A stretch of DNA of 64,000 nucleotides from NCBI GenBank assembly GCA_030141605.1, contig JAQGDQ010002376.1, forward strand, positions 168,422 to 232,421, in the 5' to 3' direction. The position numbers and the translations under genes were made by a program. The stretch is from Tubiluchus corallicola. Its lineage: Eukaryota > Animalia > Priapulida. The notes below the pieces were generated by a model. It was not told where the DNA came from. It did not search any database and saw only the letters and a list, made by a program, of their open reading frames with translations. This document shows, one piece after another, positions 1 through 15,331 of the stretch (the first letter of the stretch is position 1; every line of letters begins with the position of its first letter).

Positions 1-69
1 GTGTGAGAACCCTCAATAGAGGTACAAATCCATGCATTCTCATAAAGTCACCATGGGGAAAATTTATTA

Positions 70-240
70 TTGACCATGTGACCTCGACTTTTGACATTTA
101 GAGCAAAATATAGTGGGTTTCCAGGTCCTTCCAAGAGCTACACTATATCAAATTTAATGAACAGGCCTATAACTTTGTCCATGTATCCTGTTACACAGAT
201 AAATAGACACAGGCGAGCAAATGCCTTACTTTTTTAGCCT
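70..240 (+). mobile_element. Helentron/DINE-like non-autonomous repeat fragment
   Basis: TGACCTCGACTTTTGAC...ATCAAATTT...TATCCTGTTACACAGATAAATAGACAC pattern, recalled as typical of invertebrate Helentron-derived repeats. Confidence 0.35.
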
Positions 241-946
241 GCCTATACTTTGATGTTATCCCAGAAACGTGAAATTAGGGAGTACTAGTATTAATTTTTT
301 TCAGCTAAAGCATGTGGAGAAAAAATAGATGAGAAGCCCTTAGCAATTTCCAGCTGCATAAAATTTTTTCTTTTTGTACCTGCAGACAGAATTTGTTTGA
401 TATGTTTCTATATATCAGTTGTTCAAAAACCAATTGTTTCTTCAGTATTTGTGTAAAAGGAAGAAAATGGCTGCCAACCGTACGATTATATTATTTACCA
501 GCATGCTTAAAGTGCGAAAAAATCGTACATTCTTATAATATTATAAGCTCGGGAAGCAAGCTCTCATAGACTAGCATGGGTGTCTGTCATGTGTGGTTGT
601 ATGTATTGTCATAGAACATTCTGGTAGCTTGCTTGCATTTATCAGTGCAGGTAGTATGAGCACCGAAAACCAGCATTCGTTGTGCCCGTGCCCTAAGTAC
701 GGAAACAAAGTCACTGAAGTCACTAAGCCTGTGAAACAATTGGACAAAGTCGGGTAGTAGGATTTCTTGCCTCATTTTAAAGTGTGAGCATGGCTAAAAC
801 ATCACAAGTTTTCCCTTTCAGCTTTGAAAAGTCTGTTCCCTGAATGCCATTATAATTTTTTTATTACAGCTACTACTAATGAGCTGTCCTGGTGCATTGA
901 TTGCTGAGGTGTGCTGTAATACATCTGAATCTTCGATTACTTTCAG

Positions 947-3900
947 AACTTGATGTTTCCATCAAAAGGCACAGTTTTTGATCACAGGTTTAACACTGCT
1001 AGCGGAAATTGGGTACCATGGACAAACATCCAGGATTTTACAGCCAATAGCATACCTGCCAATGCTAAAGTATGTATTGTTTGGTTTAAACAATGACAGT
1101 TCCATGAACCTTTCGTTCGTTGAAACAAGTGATTTGGATTAACTTTGTTTAATTTAATTTAAGTGAGTCAAAAAGACTGATGCTTTGCTCTGTGTAAAAA
1201 ACAATTTGTTTATGAAACTTTAAAATGCTGAACAGTTAGGAATTACGGAACAGTTATGGATGAATAAATGGACAGATAGAAAGAAGAATTATTGTTTGGC
1301 GTAATGCTATACATATACAACATACATATCAAGTGTAAATAATACAATGTAAAGACCACTCAAAGTAAATGCATAATTCATAAGTCAACTTCAGTGTGAT
1401 TCCTGTGTGTGACACGGGCCTTTTACTGAGTGTTGCAAAAAATAACTGAGTTGTCGACTGTGGTCTATTTGGACGTTTTTGTATTATGCGTGATTAGTGT
1501 GACCTTTTCATATGAGTCCCTGTGAGTGACAGGAAAGTAAGAAGGGCAGCCTAAAGAAGGCTCACCAAGTCAAGTTTGCACCAGCACATTTTGATCATTA
1601 TAGCAGGTGTGAGTTATCAGAGTCTGCTTTTTTACAGGTAAGTGAACTGATTATTCCTACTGATGATACATCACGACAGGTGTTTTTTCTTAACACCTAC
1701 CTACTGAATAGCAATGTGCCTTTGCTATTTCTGGGTCCAACAGGAACTGGTAAATCGGCTACAGTTAACAATTTTCTTGTGACTTTGCCGAAAGAAAAGT
1801 AAGTAGCATTTTAGTTACATCAAATGCTTTTACTAACTTCGCAGACAAGAGCAATTTTTATGTTCATACTGAATAAAGTCCATGCCGGATTAAGGCATAG
1901 GCTTTATGGGCTGCAGCCCATGGGCCTCCAGACATTAAGTGAAATTAATTTACAGTGAAAAGTTATTTAGTACTATTCGTAGTATATTTTATCATATAGG
2001 TTATTGTTAATATTTATTGTAATTTGTACGTAATGTTATTTAATATTTCAAAAACTTATTTAAATTTTTTTAAATATTAGAATATTTCTTCTCTTTTTTG
2101 TTGTGTTAATCTTGCATCCGTTTATGTGGGGCTAGTGTTGGCATTATGTTATTGAAATTGAATGAACTAGTTTAAACATTTCAACAGTCTTGCTTTTGTT
2201 ATTTGTCACAAGGGGCTGGGGCCTCACAGTATCTGTAGCCCAAAAGCTTACAAAATCAAAATCCGGTCCGAAATTATAAAGTAATGCACAAAAAAGTTTG
2301 TAAGATTTGGTAAGAGAGGATGTTATTTGAATTTAAGATTTTGCTCTCTGCTAAATTAAGAATTTAAGTTGAATCACGCCATACACGTCTGATCTTTTAA
2401 AAACGTTCGAGAGGTGATATCTTTAGCCACATTGTCACCATGCTGAGAACTAGTTATTAAGTTAACAAGTATTCTGAAAACAACGCTGAAGGTACTTTTA
2501 ATGTTAAGCGATAATTTTAATGATATTGTTATCAGCAATGTCTAAACTACTTTTTGAAACCCAATCATATTTTGCATTCAGTGCTGCTTGAATTGTTTAC
2601 ATTTAATGTTTAGTATATGAAGGGCAACATTTTACAAGATTTCTTTTATCCATCCATTCTTAGGTCAGTGGAATCTTAATGCTGTTACCTGGTACATAAT
2701 TTTTTTAGGTTTTTGCCAAACTGCATTAATTTTTCTGCGAGGACATCTTCCGAGCAAACTCAGGACATTATAATGTCCAAGCTGGACAGGTATTGTGTTT
2801 ATTTATATTTTACGCTAGCCATTTTTTATTAACAAATAGTTATTTAGTTTTGTTTGGAGCTAGTACTGTTTTGATGTTGAAATATCTCCCACTTGAGATT
2901 CAACTTCTAACTGAAATAGCTTACAGTGTAGGTTAACTTGCAATCAGGACGGGATTACTCTATAGGTTAGTATAGGTTGCAGCCTAGGGCCCCTCGAGCG
3001 TGGGGGGGGGGGCATATTTTGCATTGCTGAATAAGTCATATGACTTAAATAAAATTTCAACTGTAAAAAACGTCAAAAAGTCTGAAAACTCAATTTTAAA
3101 AAAGTGGCACCTTTGAGATAAAGGACTCTTGGTTGAGGCCATTTATTTGAGATAAAGTGTCCTAGCTCGAGGTCCTTTATTTGATATATGAGCCTCCACC
3201 TATTTAGATGTCGCTAAAATTTATCACAAGAACGAATATTCAAGATGAGCAGGGTAAGGAGTGGCTCCATCTGAGGGGGCTGCATAATTTTCTTGGCCTA
3301 GGGGCACCATAAGATCATAATCCAGCCTTCTTTGCAATCCAAAACCTATATCAACCCTAGTGAAGCTTGTACTTTTGCAAAATCTTGAATCTTGTACAAA
3401 CACACAGATTTCCCACTAGATCTTCACTTACATAAATGCTGTACAGATTTTAATCACACCACTAAAGTTTTCAGCAACTTATTTTGTGTTGGCTGTAATT
3501 GGGATGGGCACTTAAATAGTTAATTTGGCCAAATCTCAAGTGGAAAAAGATCTGCTTAAATCAATATAATAAATTAATTTTTCCTGAATAATGTTAAAAT
3601 TATGTACAATAAACGGTCATGAATAGTTTACGACATTTTTGATTGCCCACAATTCATTTATATAAGGCAAACATAGTGTGATGCTTTTCTTATTACAGAA
3701 ACAGTAAAAAAATGTTTATTGTAGGCCCTTTCACTATATTTGTACACAAAATTATTGTAAATGTGTTAGATGAAATAAATTACTTATAACTTATGACTGA
3801 ACACTAATAATTGAAGTCAGTCAGATTACCAGCTGTGAAAAATTCCAGAAGGCTGAAGACATATACAGCAGCAATCTGGTAGAGGTAAATGAAAGTCATT

Positions 3901-6900
3901 TTTGCATTTTGCACATAGTTAAAATTTCAATCTGCCATTTAAACTCATTTTCTTTATTTGGTTACCAGCCCAACAACATTTGATTTTTTCTGATACATTA
4001 ATTTAAGGAAAGTCACACTCTTGCTAACAAGTCATATATCTTTTTATTTTCTTACCAGGCGCCGTAAAGGTTTGTTTGCTCCCCCTGTTGGTAAAAAGAT
4101 GATTGTATTTGTTGATGACGTTAATATGCCAGCTAAAGAAAAATATGGAGCCCAACCTCCAATAGAGCTTCTTAGACAGGTAGCTTATATTTAATTATTA
4201 GCTTTACTTTAGTTCATTAAAGTAACATCCAAAACATGTGTATAGCTCAATGTGCCATCTACAATACTTTAGCACATGGCTGTCAATGCATGGGCACAGT
4301 AGGCAGTTGCCTTGGCCTCACAAGTACAGGAGCCCTATTCTAGTCTATATGTATTGTGACTTGCTGTCAATAAATAAATACTGTGCACTATACTAAATAT
4401 AAATTGTGTCTACCACTCTCTCCCTACATTGTACAGAAAAATAATGTCGGATGACTTGAAATCTGTGTTTCCCAATGCTGAAATTGCACTTAGAGAGTTC
4501 ACGTGAATGGTATTCATTTTCAAGACTGAAACTTTAAAAAAATCAGCTTTGTAGCACAGTGAGGCAGCAGCATTTGAACTGGCTTTCACTCATGAATAAT
4601 GACATCCTGAAGACCATTGACTTCAAGCCAATTATAACTGAATTGTGTTGAACGTTTGATTAATAATAAATAATTTGTAGTAATCTCATACTTTGCCATC
4701 TCCGTCTGCGTGGTTTACTAATTGAGTATCATTTATGTGTTGGAATTTTCGTGTTTTTCAAGGCTCTTGTTGTATTGTACAAGTATTCCGTGTTATTTGT
4801 TATGTGTTGCTTATCTTTGCTGTACCGCATGTTTTTTAATGTTTAAACATTGATTTTGTTTATACGTTCCAATACAATAAAATTATACGTTTAATTTTAT
4901 CGACCATTTACATCTATATTCCTGTGAATGGTTGTGTAGGTAGTGCATTGTTTTGCCCGAGGGCATATAATGCTGTTAAGATGGCCAAGCTTTAGCACTA
5001 GCTGCCCAACTACCATTTTGTATGGATAATTGTTAGGATACTGTTTATAGTTTATTGATGTGATGTACATTTGCAACAATGTGAATCCCTTGGGACAGGG
5101 AAAGTTTTTTGTCAAATTAAGCTAGGTTAGTAGAAGAAAATTTAATTTGCACAAACTTAGTTCTGTTAGGTAAAAAAGCTTTTCAAGTCTGTGGAACTGT
5201 AACTGCAGGTATTTGCAAAATTTTTGAAGGAAACTGCTATTGTAAATTTGTAGCTTAACCTTTTGTAAACTTGCAATGAATACCATCATTGCCTTTATAG
5301 ATGTCTTTTAAAAGTATGGGAATCATATAATGAATAGCAATCTGAACTTTTTTAAATTTTCACATCAACTACAACCTTATTGCAACTGTTAGTTTTTAAG
5401 AATTACTATATGTTATTAGCTTCTCTTTGTAATATTTAATATAAAACTGCATCTAGATACAGTTTGAGATATAACATTCGCATTTGTGAAAATAGCAGCT
5501 GCTATTTTTTATGTTAATTTTTCACTAATGTGTTTTGTGCATTTAGATGATGGACCATGGTCACTGGTTTGATAGAAAAGATACGAGTGAGCTTCGACTT
5601 GCAGATGTTGTAAGTACTGAAAAAATTACAGTATTCCATAAACCACTTTATATGCATTCCGCAAAACTGGGATCAGTAAAACAATTATGTTCTTAGCAAT
5701 GTAATAAGCCTTTTCACAATTCCAGCGATCGATGATGATCATAAAAAGGTCAAAGGTTAAGTGAACCAGACAACGCATTTGTGTACACTTGATAACGCCT
5801 TGCAAGCCCATGTTATTGTAATAATATCAATTTTAACAGCTAGCTAAAACCTTACCTAGTTCATTTTTCTTGTTCATAAGCAAGATCCTACTAGCAAGTC
5901 ATTCTACATCGCACAGACTAATGCTAATTAAATCCATGTAAAACAATAAGGAAATAACGTCGCAACTGAAGTTACTGAACTGATGTGGTAGACAGATTTG
6001 CTTTACCCACATGTCACGTCGTGGTTGTAGTTAAGACGTATTGCTGGGGCATCACTTATCATTTGGCCGACCGCAACTGCTCATGCACACAGCAAAACTG
6101 TGAAAAGACTTGTACAATAGAACCTAAACGATTCTATGGGAAACTGTTGGTGACTTGCTGTTTTTACCATGTAGAGCTAGTGAAGCTTTTACTGACTTAA
6201 TTTACAGGCATTTGTCTATGCAATGGGTCCTCCCGGTGGGGGTAGAAATGAGGTCTCAAGCAGGTTCATACGACACATGAATATCATTTCCATAGATGAA
6301 TTTAATGATGAAACAATGTCTCGTATATTTGGCATGATCATAGACTGGCACTTTGCACGAGGGTTTGATTCATTGTTTCGCCGACTTGGAAAGGTATATA
6401 ATCATCTTTTTGTAACCTTTTTCTTGCATTATTGTAAATTCAGTTGTATTACATTTGTAAACTCGCTAACAGGAAACACCAGAACTGCACGAATTTAGCC
6501 AAAATAAGCTATTTTATTCATAACAGTACAGATGTACTATGTAAACCAATGTTACAGAGGGGAGTGTTAGCACAATTGAACACATTTACAGCAATTGCAT
6601 GTAAACAATCTAGTGTACAGAGTTTTTGTCCATTTTAAAACAACATGAACTTTGCAAAGCCTGCTGGCAATTAGATGCTGAAAAGTGTTTTTTTTACAAT
6701 AATTTTTGCTTGCTTCTGTATTTATTAGGCGACATTTACCTTTTTCTTTAAATACTGAATATAAACACGAATACTTTGCATTTAATATAATATGTAAATT
6801 AATTATCATATTTTGCACATCTTGTTTACATAGGTGGAACAACTTTCGAAGTTTTTTTGCGATTACGAAATTTGATTCATTTCACATTTATTGACATCAT

Positions 6901-9900
6901 TATTTCGAAAGTAACTTCTAGCTTATACTAGTTGCATGTCGGAAAAATCTATCTGACACAAACCATCTCATTAAAATCTGCGCAACCACATAATGAATAG
7001 CTTAACTACAGTAAACATTTACTAGTTATAAAATCATTGCTATTTATTGGTCTGATTCGGCTTTGTCTAGTGCAAATTGTTGTACCGAGCCTGCACATGA
7101 GAGCGAGATGGGTTTGTCTGTCTGAAATAGAAAGTAAAGCTTGTTTAATAAAAATCTGTGCACCAAACTTTGTAAAACAACTTTTAATCAAGTGCGCAGT
7201 TAGGCAAAAGTTCGTGCAGGGTGAGACAAGTTGTTTCAAACAGATTTTATCTCATGTACGTATTGTATAAGAAGCAAAAAAAATCGTATTATGTGCTCAT
7301 GTTTTGTGTTAATTTTGACAGATGCTAATTCAAGCCACTATGTACGTCTACAAACAAGCAACTCTTAACTTTTTGCCAACTCCATCAAAGTCGCATTATG
7401 TGTTCAATCTCCGAGACTTCTCACGAATCATACGTGGAATTGTGCTTGTGGACAGCTCAAGGATGAGTGAGGGTAACAAGCTGGTTCGTCTTTGGGTGCA
7501 TGAAGTTTACCGTGTTTTCTACGATCGACTGATAGATGATGCAGACAGGTAGAAGTCTAATTTCATTGTTTAAATAAGGCTCACTTCTTACTAACATTAC
7601 TTGGAGATGTGTACCTCAGTTATCACCTAACACTACGAAGGTAACTTGAAAGTGAAGTAGTAAATTTGTTAGTTTTTAACTATTTTTAGTTGTTTTAGTG
7701 GACTTATTTTAAAGGAATGAGTTTGTCTTAGTTTTGCCTCTTAGTTAAAGCATGAACAATGTTTATAAAAGTTGATTTACATAATTTAATTTATAAACAG
7801 AGCCGTCTCAACAACATTATAGGCCCCCAAGCAAAGCAGTGCAATGAGGCCCTACCTACTAATATTTTTTTATTTATTTGATATTTATTTATGTTAGCCA
7901 TAACAAATTAACACAATAATAATAAAAAAAGATACAACACAATAAAATACACTCACAGGTGTAAAAATTTTACTGGTTGATAAAATTAAAAATTTATTTT
8001 GGTACTTCCAACAAAATCTGTGTTTAAACATTAAAAAACATGCTGTACAGGAAAGATTAATCAACACAAACATTTGAACAATATAACATGAGCCTTGAAA
8101 AACAAAAATTTAAACATTGACAGCAAGTCACGTATTGATATACATAGATTAGCATGGGGCCCCCGAGCAACTGCCCATGCATTAAGATGGCCTTTTTTAT
8201 GAATACTGTAAACCGTAAAATTTAATAAAAGTATAGTAAACAGTAAGTCCATCCTGGAAGTGTTCACGAATTTTGAGAATAAAGCAAGATGCAAACATTT
8301 ACTGGTGCATATATTACACTAATGTTTAGTCAAGATTGTTCTTTACAACAGCATGTCGGCTTTGTTTGATGATAGGTGCTAAATTTATAAAACCATAAAG
8401 CACTAGATATTGTTAGTAATTTAGCTGTTCCCACTCTTGTATTAATGATTAACTAATGAAAAACACCATTTACTTTTGTCACTTATTTTCACTCGGGTTA
8501 TCACCTAGTATTACCTGCCCACTAATGTAACAGAATGTGCTGACAAATTTGAAGTTTCTTGTATCCAATAATATCATTATTAATATAGTACATTATTGTG
8601 GAACTCTCACAGCACTTTGTTTAATGTGTCAAAAACCAAATGTCTATACTTTATCCCCAAAAAGATTCGAAATATTGTAGCTGGAAAAGTTTTTCTTAAC
8701 CAATTAATGTCATTAAAAGTGAAAAATATCTGTGGCACATATTATCTGATTATTATAGTGGTGACCAGTCAGATTATTTTAAGCAAATGCTAATTCATGA
8801 AGTAATAAATTATGCATTATAGCACAAAAGAAATAACAAGTATTTTGTTCAAATCGTATTTCATAGGAATTTTTCGTAGCAGCATATGAATATCCTATAG
8901 TATTTCCTATCGTATATCCTATAGATATAATATTGCGATGCTCAAATCGGCATATAATGTTGCTCCTAGTAGAATTAATTAGGTACGAGAGCGTCTTATA
9001 TATGTGCGCTTAATAAGGTTCCACACTTTAACATATTAATGAGGAAGAGCTGCTACAGCTTAAGAAATTGCTTTCTTGCTGATGAAAATGACATTATGAT
9101 TAGTGGTTGTATAAACTCTGATGCGTTATTTGAGTCACTATTTTTAACAACTGTCAAAAGATATTATATGATGATTTTAAGGTGTAAATTTTTAGGCATG
9201 GTACTTTTAATATGCATTTTAGATTTTTAGTTAATAAGTTTAATCTGTTTTACAAATAATTTTATGTGTGTTGTAAATAGATGTAATATGGTACTATGTG
9301 TATTGAATTAACGTAAAATCTCAATCTTGCCTTACTGTGAAATAAAACCAGATATTTTTGAAAATCTTTAAACCTTATGTAATTTGCTTGGAATGTAGTG
9401 TTTCACATAAATACCAATTCGTAAAAGCTTTAAAGTCTAGTTTGCAAAAAAATAGCTTGCACTTTTTTCTAGTTTATAATACTACTTATAGTCACACATA
9501 TTTTTTACATATTTCAGTGTAGCTTTCGTTTTTTTTTTGTGAATTCCATTCGTAGGGAATTTTAGGCATTTAGTTAGGACATGCAACTGGGTAACATTTT
9601 GCAAACAATTATTATGGTTTCATGAATTTTACTGCATTAATGTGTTTCTTGACTAAGTTAATCGTTTTATACAGATTGCAGTTTTTTGACATTGTTCAGA
9701 AAGCTTGTGATACGTATTTCCGTGCAAACATTGACCGACTTCTTGGCCACTTAGCTGTGGAAAACCAATGTGTCACTGATGATGATGTGAGGAGTCTGAT
9801 GTTTGGCGACTATCTGCATCCAAGTAACGATCCAACTGAACCAAAATTGTATGACGAAGTGACTGACCTCAATGCATTGATTTCCTTAATGGAACAGTAT

Positions 9901-12900
9901 GTGTAATTCTTGTTTGCTTTTGCATATATCAACTTCACTTGCTTACAATATAATCATTGGACAATATTTGTTTGTCCTTTCTGCTTTTGTTTTTAATTTA
10001 ATATTAAATGTAATGTAAAAAAAATTATAATTTGTGTAAAAAACTAGTAAGTACTCTAGTACAAATTAGTTATATATCTGCTACTGTAGATGAAATGGTT
10101 TAGCTAATAGTATAGAATACAAGCGGAGCTAAAAACTAGCAGAGAACCTGTCATTGTGACGATGAGCTTCTGTGTTTCCAAAAGAGGCTTGGCACAAATT
10201 CTTATTCAGTAACTATTATGTTAAAATTAATTTTTTTGATTTATCTTTATTTCAAAAATTTAACTAATAGTTGATTTGAAACTTATTATTAATTAATAAT
10301 GTGAAATTAATTTAATTAGTATTAATTTATAAGGGACATGTTAATTTCCTGATTAAGATGCAAACACTTTATCTGACTATTTCCATTAAAATTTCATGTT
10401 AAGCTGCCACAGTAGCATTCATTTTCTATAACAATATGAACGCTGTCTACAGAATACTCATTTTTTTCTGTTTATTTATGCTGACTGTTATTTCATTGTA
10501 TCTAGGTATCTAGATGATTATAATTCCTCCAGTAAAACACAAATGCCACTAGTTATGTTTAAATTTGCTATTGAGCACATCAGCCGCATTAGTAGAATTC
10601 TAAAACAGGATGATGGGCATGCACTGCTAGTAGGTAAGCTCAACTCTTATCTTTGTCTGATACACAGAAATATGTACTATGTAGGGTGGAATAATATGCA
10701 CTTTATATGATGGGTGCAAAAATAACAATATTGGACTCATAATGATATATAAGGACCTGGATCACTATGCTGATCACTATTATTAAACGTGAATCCAAAT
10801 GTCTAACTCCAGCTAAAATAAGCAAAACGTATATGGAACACGTGCAAATTAACTCACACGTACGAATTGAATTTAAACTTTAAATGAAATTGTTAATACT
10901 TCTTTTATGCATTTGACAGTCCTATTTTTGTAGAGTGGACAAATGTTATTATATCCTATTCCTTTCATGTTTTTTTGCTTGAAATGACTGTATAATTGTT
11001 TGTAAATTTCACTTAAATCTTATATTGATGTCCATGAAATGAAATACTGAAATCCATCTGTAATAAAATTGGCTAAAAACAGGAAGAACCATTAGAGATT
11101 AGGACTTGGACCTCCTTGGAACATAGAGCTCCCTTCAATCTGTTAACTACTTACTGAATCCCGTCTGGGTTGGGATCTCACAGTGTCCCCTTCAATCTGT
11201 TAACTACTTGCTCAATCCCATCCTGGTTGGGGCCTCACAGTGTTTCCTTCAATCTGTTAACTACTTGCTCAGTTCCGTCCGGGTTGGGATCTCACAATGT
11301 TCCCCTCAATCTGTTAACTCATTCCCATCCTGGTTGCGATCTCACAGTGTCCCAATCTCATTCCCTTCAATCTCATTCTGCTCTTACAAAGTGATTTCTT
11401 TCTTATTTGTATCTAATTTATTTACCCATCTGTATGGTACATGATACATGGCAGTGTTCTTAGAATACTCATTTTTTCTGATTCTAGAGGACTGACTCAC
11501 ATTTTATGAATTTGTTCAGTACATATTTATATAATTTTCCGTGTTGTGATCTCTTTATGTTGTGCAACAAAAACAATTTTCTTTCGTGAAAAACAAATTG
11601 ATCTCATCTTATTTTATCTAATATGGCAGTGTGGGCTAGTCTACAGTGTAGAATTTTCAGCATAGTTCACTGTTCAGTGTAAGTTCGTTGCAAATAAACT
11701 TTTATTTTATTTTCTCCTTATTTTTTACAGCCATCACTGCTTAGAGCTGTGCTCATTTAAATATTTGTGTCAATGCACTGCATTCCTTTTATATAGTTTC
11801 CACTTGCCCCGGTATTGTTATTTATGTATACATGTATCCAAAGATAATGTGTGCCTATTTTTTTCTGTTTGTCAAATATTTTTTGTTTCCTAGGTGTTGG
11901 CGGAAGTGGGCGGCACAGTGCTACAAAACTAGCAACATTCATGGCTGGTTATCAGTTGTTTCAGATCCAAATCACTAGAACTTACACTACTGCTGATTGG
12001 AGAGAAGATATAAAGCTGGTAAGGATGGCAAGAAAGTTCGGTTAGATTTGTGCTTATAATTCATTTCAATTTGCCTTTATTTCAGCATAAAACTGTCTAT
12101 AACACAAAAAAACGAATTACTATAGACAAAAATGCAAAAACTAATTAACAAAAAATTATTAAAATGTACCACCCACACCGTGTGACTGTAATTATCATTT
12201 TGCAATCTGTCATTGGTATTTTTTATTCACTGAGATTCTATAACGTAAGTTATTCATAATATTTTTCAGTCACTTAGTCAGTATTAATATAGTTTTATTA
12301 GTCTGGCACTAATAATTTGATATATTTAGTGGCTCACCTTTTTCAATTCTAAGTTCATTTTTAGAATTCATATATTACCACAATGTTTTCTTATCTAAAA
12401 TTTTTAGGTACTTCGAAAGGCAGGAACAGAAGGCAAGCCCATTGTTTTTCTGTTTAGTGACAACCAGATTAAGAACGAATCATACGTGGAAGATATTAAC
12501 ATGATACTTAATACAGGAGATGTACCAAATCTCTACCCACCAGATGAAAAAGCTGAAATCATTGAGAAAATGCAAGCAATTGCAAAAAATGAAGTATGAA
12601 ACTTGGCATGCAGCGTGCAATGTAGTTTTCCAAAACGAGTTTAATTACCAGTTGCAATGCTTGCTTTAAGCTGTGTTTTAAATTCTTGACTGTTGCTTCG
12701 TCGCTGTGTTTTTTACGCGATCTTTGGTTGTTTTCTCACTGTTTATTTTTGATAATCATGTGTGTTTATGATGCTGCAGCTTTTGATGTTTTTGCTTTTA
12801 ATAAGAGCAGGATTTTTTATTTAGCTAATTGCTAATCTGTAGCAGGTAAGATTTATTTACTAACTAATATTACCGTATGGAAATAGTTTGTTTATTAATT

Positions 12901-15128
12901 TGATAGCAAAAAAACTTACATTCCAACAGTTGTAATAGTGAAATTTGACCAGAGCTTTTTGATTAGAAGCTTTAGCCAACGTTATCAAAGACCAGTTGAC
13001 TCAAAAGAACCCATTGGTCTTTGTGTCCAAGTCATGTAGTCATGTAGTTGGTCTGGGGAAAGTCTATTTTTTCTCCGTCATTTTTTTTGCTATTTTATAA
13101 ATACCAAAATTCATTTAATTTAACTGCTAGGTGGTGTTTTTCTATTAAAATTAAACACATTTTTTGGAAACTCTGTTTGGTAATTCATTACCGACCAGTA
13201 AGTTTTTGTGTTTATAATTACATTTGTAACTTACTTCAGCTGATGTCGACACCTTGATGCACAAACTTTTTTTAACTTTATGTTTTTTTATTCAGTTATA
13301 CATGTAATTGCATTTATGGTTTACATACTGATGTGGGCTGGGAGCCCCATACATGAAAAAAACGCCGCAAATTGTACGGGCCATAAAGGGTTTTGACTGC
13401 ATGCTAAATAACTAATTCTTAACATTTACTTATCAGGGTAGGACAATCGAAGCTACACCATTAGCGATGTTTAACTTTTTCATCGAGCGTGTGCGAAAAA
13501 ATTTGCACATTGTGTTCACCGTGAGTCCGATTGGTGACGCGCTCCGTAATCGACTACGGATGTTTCCATCACTTATAAACTGTTGCACTATTGACTGGTT
13601 TCAAGTATGTGTAAATATTTTTTATCTAAATTCGAACAGTAGTTAAAATTAGCAAGCAAATTTTTAAAGCTAAGTTTTTCTTCAGCTTAGAATGCAGATG
13701 TTTAATATTATGCAAATAGTTCACTGAAAAGTAAAAAAAACTGTTTCCTTGATTTTGAAAAGTTTTAGTTTTAGTGCTTCTAATATCTGTCATATTATGA
13801 TCTTATAATATTCTTAAATTTGTTTCTAAGAAAACCAGATTGAGTCACTCATGAACATTAGACAATGCAGACAATGCAATGCAACCTGTGAAAATGACAA
13901 ACTGAGCTTCTAATCAAATACCAAACAACAGTTTTTATGAGTAATCAAAAACAAAATGACTGGTTCACCTTTATTGTAGTTTGAGTAGCATGGTTAATAG
14001 AATTCGGCAATAATAATATTGTGATCTAGTTACTAAATCACGTTCTTTAGGCCATGTTGTGTTTAGCATTCTGCTAAGGTAAACTTTTGCTGCAACTAGC
14101 AATTAAACTCGTAATGTGATGCACACTTTCATGTAGGGTTTCTCTGTCTTTGTTTTTGTCTTTAATACAATTCATTAAATTTCCATACCATTCATTTATT
14201 GTCTATTTGATCAGGCTTGGCCTGAAGATGCATTGGAGATGGTGGCTCATAGATTCTTGACTGATTTAAACTTCCCTGAAGAACTGCACAACCACTGTGT
14301 TGAACTGTGTAAAATTTTCCATAGCAGCGTTAGAAAACAAAGTCAAAAGTACGTATTCTACTTACCATGCCTTCCTTTATGTAGCAGATTGTTTTGTTCG
14401 TCGTGTTTGACTCGTTTTGCCCTCTTAATAGAACATCTATGTTGTGAATAATCCAAGTCAATTTGTGCAGGCTGTTGTTTTAATAATGGCTACTATGTTA
14501 CTTGCATTGCAAAGGATTTTTCGTTTCAAAATACTACTAAATTTGGATAATTTTTTTTCTTTAATATGTCTAGTAAAGAATAAGTTCATAGTTATTTACA
14601 AGTTAAATGCATCTTGTATATAATAGTCACAGTATAATATGTAAACACGTATAGAAAAATTTCAGCAAAAGTCTAGTGACTGTATTTCCTAACTATCAGG
14701 ATGTAGAGTCTTGCTGTACAATTAAGTATACTGTATAGGAACAATAGGTGCAAAGAAAAAACTAGTTACTGACATGTTATTCTTAAACAATAGATATTTT
14801 GACATATTGCGTCGCTACAATTACGTTACTCCCACATCGTATCTTGAACTAATCCTTACATTTAAAACATTATTGCAACATAAGCGGGATGAAATTACAT
14901 CCATGAAGAACCGGTACATTGCTGGGATTGACAAACTGGACTTTGCTGCTTCACAGGTTCGTGTTGTTTAACACTTTGCTGAGTTACTTTTGCCAATAAT
15001 GTGGACAATATGTAATTCTGTTTTTTTTTCTGATGACCGATTTATGTTGTTTTATGATGGTACATAGTTATGAATTATCAAAACTATCAAAAAGTATTTT
15101 ATTTTTGTTTATTACATATTTCTATATC

Positions 15129-15225
<97 letters not shown>

Positions 15226-15234
15226 CCTCTTCCT

Positions 15235-15331
<97 letters not shown>

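Noticed and set aside
11131-11375. Regularly spaced repeats that could suggest a CRISPR array (also 30558-30920)
   Set aside because: The whole unit is repeated with no unique spacers, there are no cas genes, and the context is a eukaryotic intron.
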